Shown here piece after piece: positions 11,605 through 23,418 of a stretch of DNA of 64,000 nucleotides. Origin of the DNA: Chlorokybus atmophyticus. Taxonomy: Eukaryota > Plantae > Mesostigma and Chlorokybus algae. The position numbers were made by a program, and so were the translations under genes. Under the pieces are notes generated by a model that did not search any database, was not told where the DNA came from, and worked only from the letters and a program-made list of their open reading frames with translations. The stretch's first letter is position 1. Every line of letters starts with the position of its first letter. The stretch spans positions 62,001 to 126,000 of the forward strand of contig RHPI01003116.1 in the NCBI GenBank assembly GCA_009103225.1. The letters are read 5' to 3'.

Positions 11605-13224
11605 TCAATGGCCAAGAGGCCCTCCTCCTCCTGCCCCGCCCGCATGTGGCATTTGCTGTTGGTATGGGCTTCCCACACCCACGCCAGCAGCCTGCTGCTG
11701 CTGCTGCTGGTGCTGCTGATATAGAGCCGCATTGGGTTGCTGGCTGTAGAACTGCGCGGAGGCACCGCCCTGATGGTGGTACATGCCAGCTGGACCCGCC
11801 CCGCCGGAACCCTGCCCTAAATTGAAACCGCCCTGCTGGCTGTAAGCGCCGTAGCCAGGGTTGTACCCTTGCTGTGGACTCGCGTACATCCCGCCACCAC
11901 CCTATGTTTAAGAGTGGATCAATACAGAGACAACCTGCATGCTTCCTAATGCGTAACACAAACCTCTCATGTAGCTTGTGTGCAGTAAGTGCGTATGAGA
12001 CAGAAATACAGCAGAGACGCAAATGTATGCATACGCACTATACAAGCATACCATGCTCATACAATGACTAAAGCGGTCATGCATGCAACACAGTTGCTTA
12101 CATATACACAAGAGACACGCACATGCACAGATGTTGTGTCTGTTCATGTGTTGCTTACTTGCTGTTGTCCATAGCCGTAGCCCTGCTGTTGGGGCTGGCC
12201 ATACGCGCCGTATGCAGCAGCGCCGCCATACGGGGAGGCGCCCATGAAGCCGCCAGGACCTGACTGCTGCGGCCTTGACATGTACTGCCCAAATTGCGGG
12301 CCTCCACCTCCAGGCATACCCGAACCAGGAGCCCTATTGCTTTGCACATGACCATTGCATTCAAGACACGTGCTTGCATTCTAACCGCATGCATGATGCT
12401 TGTAGGTGTAATGGTTGTAAGCAGACTTGTTGGAATGCATACTCACAGTGGCATGCATCAAGAGGCGAGTTATCAGATTGACGGCATAAGAGGTTGTTTT
12501 AGATACCTGCGGACAGCGTCTCCAATGTTCATGGTCTTGCCCATGAATTCAATGCGCTCCATGCGCTTGACTCTTGTGCAGGTATCGGCATCCGCAAACG
12601 TCACAAAGCCATAACCTTTGCTCTTTGCCGTCTCGCGGTCCACTATTATCTTACACGACACCACCTTTTTGGACAGAAAACAGCTAAGTTGAAGATAATG
12701 AAAGAAAACAGCATTCAAGGCAAGACAAAACAGCTAAGTTGAAGATAATGAAAGAAAACAGCATTCAAGGCAAGACAAAAAGGAAGCAGCAAGAAAGGAA
12801 CAGAAAAGCAGAGCAAGTCACGCATGACAATGTGCAAAATAACAATATGAATGCCGAACTAAGCTAACATACAACAATGTTGACCTAACCAAGGTGAGTG
12901 TAACATGCAAGTGTATTGCAGGTTTTCGAATAACTGAATATGGTAACCTCAGGACAAGCTCGTTGGGCTGAACGGGCATGTGCGAAAGACAAACAACGAA
13001 ACAAGTGAGCTGAATATGCACAACAATGTGCTTACTGGGCCGAAAGTGCTGAAGAACTGTGCTAAGGACGCCTCATCTGCCTGCCAGCTAATGCCTCCTA
13101 CAAAAACGGAATTGGGGTTGTTGCCAGGGTGTCCCTGGCCACCACCACCCAAACCTCCTCCACCTCCTCCCCCAACCGAAGGGCTCCCCGCCCCCACCAC
13201 CGGCCTCGGCGACGCCCCGTACAT
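11605..13224 (-). CDS. Single-RRM RNA-binding protein with Gly/Gln/Tyr-rich low-complexity tail, 4 exons, 272 aa; RRM resembles the Boule/DAZ family
   Basis: Exons 13224-13036, 12664-12507, 12333-12159, 11901-11605 are phase-consistent. RNP2 VFVGGI, RNP1 KGYGFVTF, C-terminal NIGDAVRR; tail with GYG/QQQ repeats. Confidence 0.87.
12677..12780. repeat. 50-bp perfect tandem duplication in intron 1 of the RRM gene
   Basis: AAAACAGCTAAGTTGAAGATAATGAAAGAAAACAGCATTCAAGGCAAGAC at 12677-12726 and 12727-12776, next to the acceptor at 12665. Confidence 0.95.
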
Positions 13225-13499
13225 CGCCCCTCCCCCACCGCCGCCGCTACCGCCGCTGCGCCCAACAACCAAACCCTAATCAATCAGGACACTCTTCATT
13301 ATGCCTATCACACCTGTATTTGACACACAACTGTTGACACAAACAATAGCGCATTGTGGCATTCTTATAACAAAATTGCCATAATTGCAAGGGGAATCCT
13401 AAAAGAGATATTCTTGACTCGGCGGCGGCAGTGGTGTTGTTGTTGTCGGAGTGGGCGGCGACGTCATCGTGGCGGAAGACGAGGGTACAGGTGGAGGAG

Positions 13500-13931
13500 A
13501 TGCCTTCTACCGGCGGCGGTAAGGACGGGGCGTCGGCGAGCGCAAGCGGCGGGCAGCAGCAGGTCAGTGCGGTTAGGGTTTTGGGTGCAGGTTGTGTTTG
13601 TTAGACTCTGACTGTGCTGGGAGTAATGCTTGTTTTGTGACTGTGTGCTTGTGCTTGTCGTTGCGTGGTTGGTTGAAATTCTGCGCTCTCCCATTAGGCT
13701 CAGGAGACGGTGCCGGTCGTCGGTGGCGACGTCTACACTGCCGGCTTCTTCCTCGCCCTTCTCCTCATGGGTCTCCTCAAGGTGTTGCAAGTGGTTCTCT
13801 CAAACTTGCACACGTACACGCGCACACATGCGCGCACAAGCTTGCACATGTTCACGCATACACACGTACATCAACTTATGTCATTGTACTGCTTGCAGGC
13901 GTCGTTTGACCGCATGCGCTGCTACTGCTAG
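13500..13931 (+). CDS. Small spliced single-TM protein (about 59 aa) upstream of RNF170
   Basis: Exons 13500-13562, 13698-13781, 13899-13931, all phase 0: MPSTGGGKDGASASASGGQQQAQETVPVVGGDVYTAGFFLALLLMGLLKASFDRMRCYC*. The exon 2 donor could alternatively be at 13790/13791. No homologue recognised. Confidence 0.55.
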
Positions 13932-13970
13932 CTTCCCCATCCCAGCTTTGCGTAAAGTTACACGACAGCC

Positions 13971-15126
13971 ATGCCGCCTGACATCAGCGGGACGGTTATA
14001 GTGCAGGGAGTGGGCAACGAGGTGCTGGCTGCCGGAGCCATTGCTGCGCTATCGATCCCTGCACTCGCCGCGCTTGCATGGCAGCAATGGGGCCCGTAAG
14101 TGTCAATGCCTTTCTGTCTGTGTTTTTACCACTAACGTTACCAGTGCTGGTAGTGGGATGGCAGTTGTCACATGCAGCCACATTTAGGTGCATGTGTGTT
14201 TTTGCGTTCGCACTGCTGTATAGTTTATGGGACGTGCAGGCTCACTGGCAGCGTTGGCTGCATGTGTGCATGCTTGCATATGACATGCCATGCTGTGACG
14301 CATTTCACCCTCAACAAGCATGCTATCCGCAAATGTGTACGCGTGCCTACCCACACGTGTGCCTTGATGTGTACACCCGTGCGCATGCATGCGTGCGTGT
14401 GTCAATGCGTTGTCACTTTGCAGGGGTGTGCGCTGTCCTTCTGCAGTGTGCAAGCTTCTTGACGCGTGTCGCGGTGCTTTCGGGTGTGTTGGCGGCATGT
14501 TGAGGAGAGCGTTGCCATTTCGCAGCTCTGACCCAACAAGAGGACCCAACAACCACTCCTTGTGCGAAGAAGAAGCTTTGCTGACTGAGGAGGCCGTCCC
14601 GCACGAGGGCTGCTGCAGCGTGTGCCACGAGGAGCACTTCACGCGTCCCGCACGCACAGACTGCGGCCACTGGTTCTGCGCCGCGTGTGTCTTACGCGTG
14701 TGGCAGTTTCATGGCCGTGCATCCATGCAACCCGCGCCGTGCCCTATATGCCGGTCACCCATTAAGAGACTCACCCTCACAAGGACAACATCACACGAGG
14801 GCGCAGAGAGTGAGGAAACCCGTGCTATACGCACGTACAACGCCGTGTTTGGCTCAGCTCCCATACCAATGAGGTGGCGGCACGCCCCGCTGCTTGCGTG
14901 GCGTGCATTTGGGGCGTTGATGAACCCGCAGTCGTGTGTGACTTTGTTAAGGAGCGCCCGGGCGCTGTTTTACATCACGGCCGTGGTGATATACCTCCTC
15001 TCGCCCTTTGATCTCGTCCCGGAGGGCGTTCTTGGCATGCTTGGATGGCTTGATGATCTTGTGCTCGTGGGCTTCGTGCTCTGCTACGCCCGCGCCATCA
15101 TGCGATTGGCCACGGACAGGAACTGA
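13971..15126 (+). CDS. RNF170: RNF170-like membrane RING E3 ubiquitin ligase, 2 exons, 241 aa
   Basis: Exons 13971-14095 and 14526-15126 (phase 2). N-terminal TM (IVQGVGNEVLAAGAIAAL), C3HC4 RING CSVC..CGHWFCAACV..CPIC, IRTYNAVFG, and C-terminal YLLSPFDLVPEGVLGMLGWLDD (DUF1232-type). Confidence 0.9.
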
Positions 15127-16267
15127 GTGGGGATGTGTCTTGTACGTGTATTTGTGTCTCTGCTTCCGGGCATATGGGATGGGTTTTGCCCCCTTTTCTT
15201 CCACATTTTGTAGCGCTAGGTTGAGCCCACTTGTACATATCATCATGCGTGTATAACAGTGACTCGTTTGTATCGTAGAAACAACACTTTACAGAACTGC
15301 TTGCCCTTTGGCACGGAGAGTCTGAGTTCTGTGACAGGTTGTGCATGGTGGGCGTGTGTGCTGGCATACGCCGTGCTGGTTGTGCACATGCACCCGCTCT
15401 TCGCTAATATAGGTGGGTGGACTTTATGTGCAGGTTGGCTTTTGTCTGGGCGCAATCCAGTTTGTACAATAGGTGTGATGTGCATGTATAATATGCACCC
15501 TAGAAAGGGGATTCGTGGTGTGAACAGCTCAGTTCGCAACCAAAGCAAAACGCGCAGTGACATAATGTGGTCTGTGTCCTTTGTACCTGTGGCCTCAGTA
15601 TTGCCAATGTCAATCCAAGTCTACCGGTCTGAGAAACTCATGGGGTGCGATCATCGCAGAATGTTTGTCCATGTATGCAGGATTGTTGTAGTAATGTCAC
15701 TTCACATGTTGTTCTGCCATTGTGTTCAGCTGCACAGAGACATGGAGGATGCATGCAAAGCTGATACTCTTGGTATACGTATACTGAATGGTCTCCTCAT
15801 GGTAAGTAGCGAGCAACAGAGTGACATATACGCCATGACCGAGTTGCACAAAACCACCACCACACAGTCACACACACACATGTCACATCAGTCAAGTCAG
15901 TCCAGCAGAGACACAGCTTCACACATCATCAGGGCACACATGCGTGCTTTACCATTGGGTACCCTATACAGTGACAGTCCTGTGTGCTGAATTTGCAAAC
16001 TGTGCACACTCCTGTGCCGCATACCAACAGACGACCCTCGGATGCAGCAACGAGGTGATGACCAGCATGTGCTGGCACACATGTACATACACATGTGCAG
16101 GCATAGGACTGGTCGAACAATACACAAGCAGAGGACAGGAGCAGGGCCTGAGGTGAGAATGTTGGCTTGTTTGTCTGCCCTTGCTACCAGGGAAGGGATG
16201 CGCCATTGAGCCAAGGAGATACTGGGAAGCAGGCCTCAACAGAGTTACAAGCAGGAGAGAGACCAGG

Positions 16268-16562
<295 letters not shown>

Positions 16563-16678
16563 NGTGCAAGCAGGCACACGCGTGCGTGCGCGCCTAGTAG
16601 TGAGTGAGTGTGTGTGTGTGTGCATCTCATCCTCCCCCTTCTAATTCCCTCTCTCTTTCTGTTGCAGGGCTCGTGGCA

Positions 16679-18285
16679 ATGGCAAGCCAGAGACACCTCA
16701 TCCCTAACTCTCTCCACCTCATACGCACGCTCCTCATTATCATCACCATCACAAGCGGTAACCCCCCNNNNNNNNNNNNNNNNNNNNNNNNNNNNNNNNN
16801 NNNNNNNNNNNNNNNNNNNNNNNNNNNNNNNNNNNNNNNNNNNNNNNNNNNNNNNNNNNNNNNNNNNNNNNNNNNNNNNNNNNNNNNNNNNNNNNNNNNN
16901 NNNNNNNNNNNNNNNNNNNNNNNNNNNNNNNNNNNNNNNNNNNNNNNNNNNNNNNNNNNNNNNNNNNNNNNNNNNNNNNNNNNNNNNNNNNNNNNNNNNN
17001 NNNNNNNNNNNNAACAAACCCAACCCACCTCACCCCCAGCCCCACCCAACATGCTCCCCCACACAGGTGACTTTGCCTTTGGCGACAACACCAACATCAC
17101 CCTCCCTCCCCCCGAGGCTCACTTCCCTCTCACTCTCGAGGGCAGCGACAACAACAACAACAACACTGGCGGTTACGCCGTCCACGACGTGGTCGGTCCA
17201 TACATTTGGGAGGGCGTCCTTGTCGGCGGTGTGAGTTACACCCGTGACGACCTCTTTGGTGAAGTTGTGGACTTTGATGGTGATGGAGGAGCGATACTAC
17301 TGTCTGGACCTGTGGACTATGACTTCCATGGACAGTTTGCACTCGCTTTCTGGTTCAACTGGCAACCCAACAACAACGACGACATCAACAATGACAAGTA
17401 CCTCCTTAGTCATGGGCTTGATGCGGACCGCAACAAGGTGGAGCTATCCCTACACAACAACGACACGCACACGCTGATTGCTGCTACACTCCTTGACAGC
17501 AGAGCCCCAACACCCTCACCCTCACCATCGTCACCAACATCATCACCACCAACATCAACAACAACATCTACTCCCATCCTCAGCGACAGCAATGTTGACC
17601 CCAACACGTGGCACTTCATCGCCATCACCACTGTGGACGACAGCAACAACAACATCAATGCCGGGCACGGGTTTGAGGTCTATGTGGATGGTGTGAGTGT
17701 GGTGAGTGATGATACGCATGGAGGAGAAGGGATGTACCCGGCGGGTCCCGTGTTTCTTGGAAAGAAGGCTGGGGAGGATGCGAACGACAACAGAACTGCG
17801 TTCGCGGGAAGACTCACACGCCTGACAGTCTTCCGCAACTCCATCACGCAAGACATGGTCAGTCACATGTTGTTGTTGTTGTTGTGATTGTGGTGGCTAG
17901 ACATGGTACACACACTCTGATACAATGTACACATGTGCTTGAAGGTGAGGGCGCTGTTTGCTAGTGGGAAGACTGGCGTGCCGCTTCCTGTAGCAGGCAC
18001 CAACGGCACCGAGCCGCTGTCTCTACCGAGCGCAGACTCCGACACAACTCCGCTACCAACACCACCTGGCCCGCCGACACCACCAGGCAGGATGCTTGCT
18101 GTTTCCGTGCGTGCGTGCGCGTGCGTGTGTGTGCATACCTGTCAGCTCTCCTGTCAGGTGTGTTGGCACCCGGGACGGGGCGCAACGCCTCGGGCGCAAC
18201 ACCTGCTCCCGCTCCTGGTGCGTGGCCACTGCTGATTATGACGATGTTGATGGTGCTGATGATCATGATGACGACGACGATATGA
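16679..18285 (+). CDS. Cell-surface LamG/concanavalin-A-like domain protein with signal peptide and probable GPI-anchor signal (interrupted by N gap 16768-17012)
   Basis: MASQRHLIPNSLHLIRTLLIIITITSG signal; LamG motifs FALAFWFNW, NTWHFIAIT, FEVYVDG, VFLG, FAGRLTRLTVF; S/T/P-rich linkers. Exons about 16679-17857, 17945-about 18086, and 18158-18285 ending in the hydrophobic tail WPLLIMTMLMVLMIMMTTTI*. Confidence 0.75.
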
Positions 18286-18929
18286 TGATGTGCGTCAGGC
18301 GAGAAGAATGGTGCTGTTGGGTTGCGACTGCCAGATGACGCGATATGGATGATGGCGCTTGTTGGAGTGATGATGCTGTGCTCAGCCCTTGTAACATAGA
18401 GATCTATGCCAAAGCAACACAAACACAGTACAGATGTATGTGACTTGGAGGTTGTGTTTGATTGATGCAGTCTCGTAGATAGATGATAGCAGTGTGTGGT
18501 TGTAGACAACAAGTAACGTCTTGCGCGTGGTGCCTACAAGACCCAAGAAGTTCGCCATCATGAACGGAAGTCGTAGTGCAATTTGTCTGACCAACAACCG
18601 GAGTGAAAGCGACTGATCGTATGCGAATGGCGTGCATGCATAATGACTCGCAAGCCATGATACAATGCCATCAAGCTGACGTTACCTGGTTGTCAAACCC
18701 AAATAGCAGACTACTAGAATACTTCCATTGCTTTCATTCCAGCCATTGCCTCTTTGACTGTGCTGCGGTTGCATGGGCTCTTTCTCTCCCTCTGTTTCTC
18801 ACTTATTGTCTTACTGTAGCCTCAGGCTTTCAAGCATGAGACTGTTATTCTCACAGCATAACCTTTGTATTCTTGTGTTTTTGTTTCATTTTGTGTTGTT
18901 GTGTGCTTTGGATCAACCAACGTTTCTGT

Positions 18930-21260
18930 AGGAAAGCCCATGCTATGAAGGCCGTGTTCGGCCCCGTCACCTCAATTTTCATGCCATGATCTATTGCCAC
19001 CCCTATACATGGGAAATATCGGTATCTGGAGGGCCTATCAGTGGGTGAAGTAAAGGCAAAAGCAGCCACACCTCGGGCTGTGCTAGTGCAACAACACACA
19101 CATGTCACATGTTGCAGCCACCGTCGTCCATCAAGCAAATATGCGATCAATTGCTGCATAGAATACGCCTCCTTTGCTGGTCCTGAGTCTCTGCCAGCGC
19201 TTATACCAGTAGTACCACCATCACCACCACCACCACCAACAACAACAATGAGAGCAGTAGCAACACAAGCACGATCCGTGTGCGTGTTTACGTGTATGCA
19301 CGTGTAGTCGCGCGCGCGCACGTGAGTGTGTGTCATCAACGACGACGCTCTGCGTAGGTGTTGCTGCAGAGAGAGCTCAGTCTTCGGTTGTGTGGGCGGA
19401 GGCGTCCCCCACATCCTCGCCGCTGTGCAGGCCCACCTCAAGGTCGCCAATGCCCAAAACACACAACTACCGACGACACGCCACCGCTCTCTTTCAAGGT
19501 AAACAACATCACAGATGGATGTCAGTGGACGCAAAAGCATACCCGCGCGAGCACACATACGCGCACACATACGTGCTTGCAGGCACTCACAAACGCACGC
19601 ATGCACAGGCACACATTATTTATCTGCATGCAGAGCGCAGCACGCGATAGCGTTGGCATTCTATGCGGCGATATGCTTCACGCATGCCGCCGGGATCCGT
19701 AAGTGTCTCAAGTCGGGTGTGCACGAGTGCGTGCGCCTGTGTTGTTGTTGGGATCTCAATCACTATGGTCCTGGAAATGGTCTTGTTGTGCAGAACCCAA
19801 GGTCTACATCAGCTCAATTGCCCGAATGCAGGCCAATCGGGTACGTTGTTTCGCGAGTCAACCACTTTACCCACTTCACCCCCCACACACGCATCCCGAC
19901 TTGCGCGCACGCATACGTAAGAACGCATGAGAGGGCACGCGCGCGCGCGCACACACCTGCGTGCGTGCGTTGGAGATAAGCAGAGGGGCACAAGTCAGGA
20001 GCGTCCACGCCGGTCCTTGGCTTCATCTCACCGTGCCAGTGTGACGCACACAGACATGGATGAACAACAACACAGTCGTAGGTCTCGACCCGCAGCGGAG
20101 AGAGGGAGCGTATCGGCCTAGCAGCAGCAATAAACCCTCCAAACACTCCCCAACGCAAGCGTGAACAATGCAAATCCAACATCGTCACCATCAACAACAA
20201 CAACAGCAGCAGCAGCAGCCACAAGGGAAGTCCCAGACAGGGAAGCGGTATTCGCAGATCGTCCGTGTCCGGGACTCTACCATCCGTGTGCGGGACTGAT
20301 ATTTAGGAGGGACTCCACACAAACACCACTCCCAACAGTTTCAGCAGGAGACATAGTGGTAACAACACAAAAGCAACACCAACAGTACCAACAACAGCAG
20401 ACTCACCTGGTAGATTCCTATACTCAAATGACGTTCATGTAACAGGGCGTGTGCGTGCGTTCCTATCAAGGGTGAGTGGAGACCTCAAGTTTGAATACAT
20501 ATTCCTGCTTGGGTGTGTCTGCTTTTCAGATCAGCACTTTTCTATGTTGTCTTCTGTTTCAGCAGGCAGCAGAGAAGCCTTGCGGCCGATGCGATGATCC
20601 AAGAAATGGCACACTTGGCCAAAATGGAACCTGTTTGGCCATGCAGACTCGTCAAGCAAAGATCAGCCCAAGAAGGAAAGCGGAAGCCGGTTGGGGCGGA
20701 CTCATCAACTCTGACAAAGTCAAAGCTCTCAAACAGCAGGTAGAGTCAAGGGCACACGACTTGACTTCAGGGTGTAGTACACGCGTTTGTTAGAGCCCCA
20801 GTAGTAGCTTGGTTGCTGTGCTGCCTCCTGTGCTTGCTGCAGAGCATGTAGTTTGTGGCTAGGTACAGACATGGTGTACATTGTGCCCGCGTTTTTCTTA
20901 ATGCCATTAGTGTTTGATGAGTACACGGCGCGCACACGCACGCACGCGCGCACGCACGCAAGCATGTGCGCACACACACACGCACACTTTTGCGAACACG
21001 CTGCACGTGAGCAAAAGCAAGCGCGCGCGCACACATGCCCACGCACATACGGCACTTTGACAGGGCGAAAGACTGGATCATATCTAAGCACATAGGATTG
21101 GGAGTGGGCTCAGAGGATGGATTAGAGGATAGCGGATATGGCACAAAAAGGAGCTAACGTCAATAACATTATCAACAGCGCTTCGAGTGGCAGCACCAGC
21201 ATGGAGGGCTCTTTGGTCCTGAAAGCCACCCATAGCAAGACGGTCACGGGCCCATGAAGA
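18930..21260 (+). CDS. Unidentified multi-exon transcription unit(s), product unknown
   Basis: A run of well-formed plus-strand splice sites (acceptors about 18931, 19358, 19791, 20446, 20563; donors GTAAAC 19499, GTAAGT 19699, GTACGT about 19830, GTGAGT about 20472) bounds GC-balanced segments. No unique frame or family could be established. Confidence 0.3.
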
Positions 21261-21269
21261 GCTACGCAC

Positions 21270-21548
<279 letters not shown>

Positions 21549-21611
21549 NGTGTCTGTGGCAATGCTTGTGCCGACATGCACGCGTGCATGCATATCATGA
21601 GTCCTACCCGC

Positions 21612-22835
21612 TCATGCTGTGTTGCTGCACTCAGCGCAAGCCGTGCTGAGGGTGCTTCGGTTGAGGGTGAGTTTCATGAGCCTCTCTGCGCGATTGCTGT
21701 TGTTGAGATGTTGACAACAGGAGTGAATCAAGCGTGCGGCGTGGCAAGCGGAGGCGTGCGGTTTGTGACATGATGCCTTTCCATATGTCTTGAAAATGTG
21801 GCACATGGTGTCCGGCTTGGTCAAAACCTTGCAACTGTCAATCCCCTCATAGCGCTGACCAACACACCCTCGAACCCAGGGACAGGGCCTGCAATACATG
21901 TAGTTTGCAAGCTCGGTTGATGACAAGTAGTTGATACTAGATGAAATAGTTGACTGCCGGCAGAATTGGTTGCAAAGACACTTGTGTAAAGCGCGTGTTG
22001 TGCGTCACATGCACGTTGGCTTAATGCAACAGCCACTGTCACAACCAAAGAGAACTTAAAGAAAGACGAGGGAAAGCGATAGAGACTGACCTGCTGCTGG
22101 TGGGCGGAGTAGCAGTAGCATGTAGTAGTATTTGTCGTATGCTTCAAAGGAGCACGGGTTCATTGTCTCAACTCCTTCCAGCATCTCCCAAGGTATGCAC
22201 ACAACAAGGACACCACGCAGTAGGTGATTCTCACGAGGAGGCAGGCAGGAGGGGTACGTTGTCAGCGATGGCGTGCCTCTCCACCATCTCGCACAGCTCT
22301 TTGCGGCAATGGTGGCTTCTGATGGAACCCCGCCAAGTGCCACGTGCAGTTCTCCTCATGGACTATGGATACAGCTGCACCGCTCCTGAACTCCCTCTGT
22401 TTCATCACTATCCCTCCCTCTATCTCATCACTATGAAACTGACTGACTTGCAGGTGCTGCATTGTCCATTTTATTACGGTATAGCTTAGAAAGACTCGCG
22501 CCAATGCACACATTTGTGTAACATGTGTTGAGAGATCGTGCTGGTCGCGCAATGCAGCTAGCTCTTCGCATCTTAGCGAGCGACACGACGGGCGCACCGT
22601 TTTGGTAACGGCGAGAGGCTGTGAATGCCGCTGTGCAGCAACCACACATCAAAACCCACGGAGCGTGAATGAGCGAACAGGGTGCAAGTTGTCTGCTGTT
22701 GCAGCGGCGGTGGTAGCGTAGTTGCTTGTGCTGATGGCTTCCACTATCGTGCGATAGATGAGATGGACTGATTGGTGGTTATTGTGGACCTACGTCTCGG
22801 GTTCTTCTTGATAGTTGTGTAACGAGTTACGAACT
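21612..22835 (-). CDS. Possible hypothetical spliced gene
   Basis: Phase-compatible minus-strand segments such as GKEFVTRYTTIKKNPR|LHLIYRTIVEAISTSNYATTAAATADNLHPVRSFTL, plus a strong donor CAG|GTCAGT near 22090. No family recognised. Confidence 0.25.
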
Positions 22836-23418
22836 CCTTGCCTTGTCATAGTGTATTGGTGTTTGCTTGCAGCGGCATTACCGCCACAGAGCAGGCAAAC
22901 CGTCAAGCGAAGTCTCGCAATCACTCTGACTGCTGGCAACCATGTGCTCTTACGAGATTACTTTACTAAGGCACATGGCTGTCTCAACTCTCCAATTCCA
23001 CAGAAGAGTGACAACGCTGTGAGTTGCTGCCACATGAATGAATGCAGATTCAAGGTTATACTGCACAGCTGTTTTTAGAACGACTGGTTTGCGCTTGCAG
23101 GCATGCAGAAATTGCCTTGGCCAGAGCGCTGAGGCAAATGCAACATTGAAAGTGCACATTAGCGACAGCGGCAACTACAACATTTGACAAACACAACGTA
23201 CACTGTATGTATTCATGGTCCTAGAGTGTGCTCTACCACACTGTACAAAGCTAGCCTCTGGCCCTCACATGCCATGCTTTCACTGACGCCTCATGCGTGC
23301 CCGGCAACACGAGCAAGGATGACCAACACGCACATGCATAAGCCAAACTGCAGCACATATATCGTACGAACAAATGAAGCAAAAGTGGTGTATCCCTCCC
23401 ACACGTGTGCTGCGTGTG

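Noticed and set aside
15232-15239. Pumilio response element TGTACATA in the RNF170 3' region
   Set aside because: The same octamer occurs repeatedly in RY-rich introns (e.g. near 8185, 9029, 10443, 16082), so it is background.
18382-19200. Minus-strand exon chain (DSGPAKEAYSMQQ...TSLCYKG*)
   Set aside because: Phase-consistent but relies on weak donors; plus-strand splice signals in the same region are stronger.
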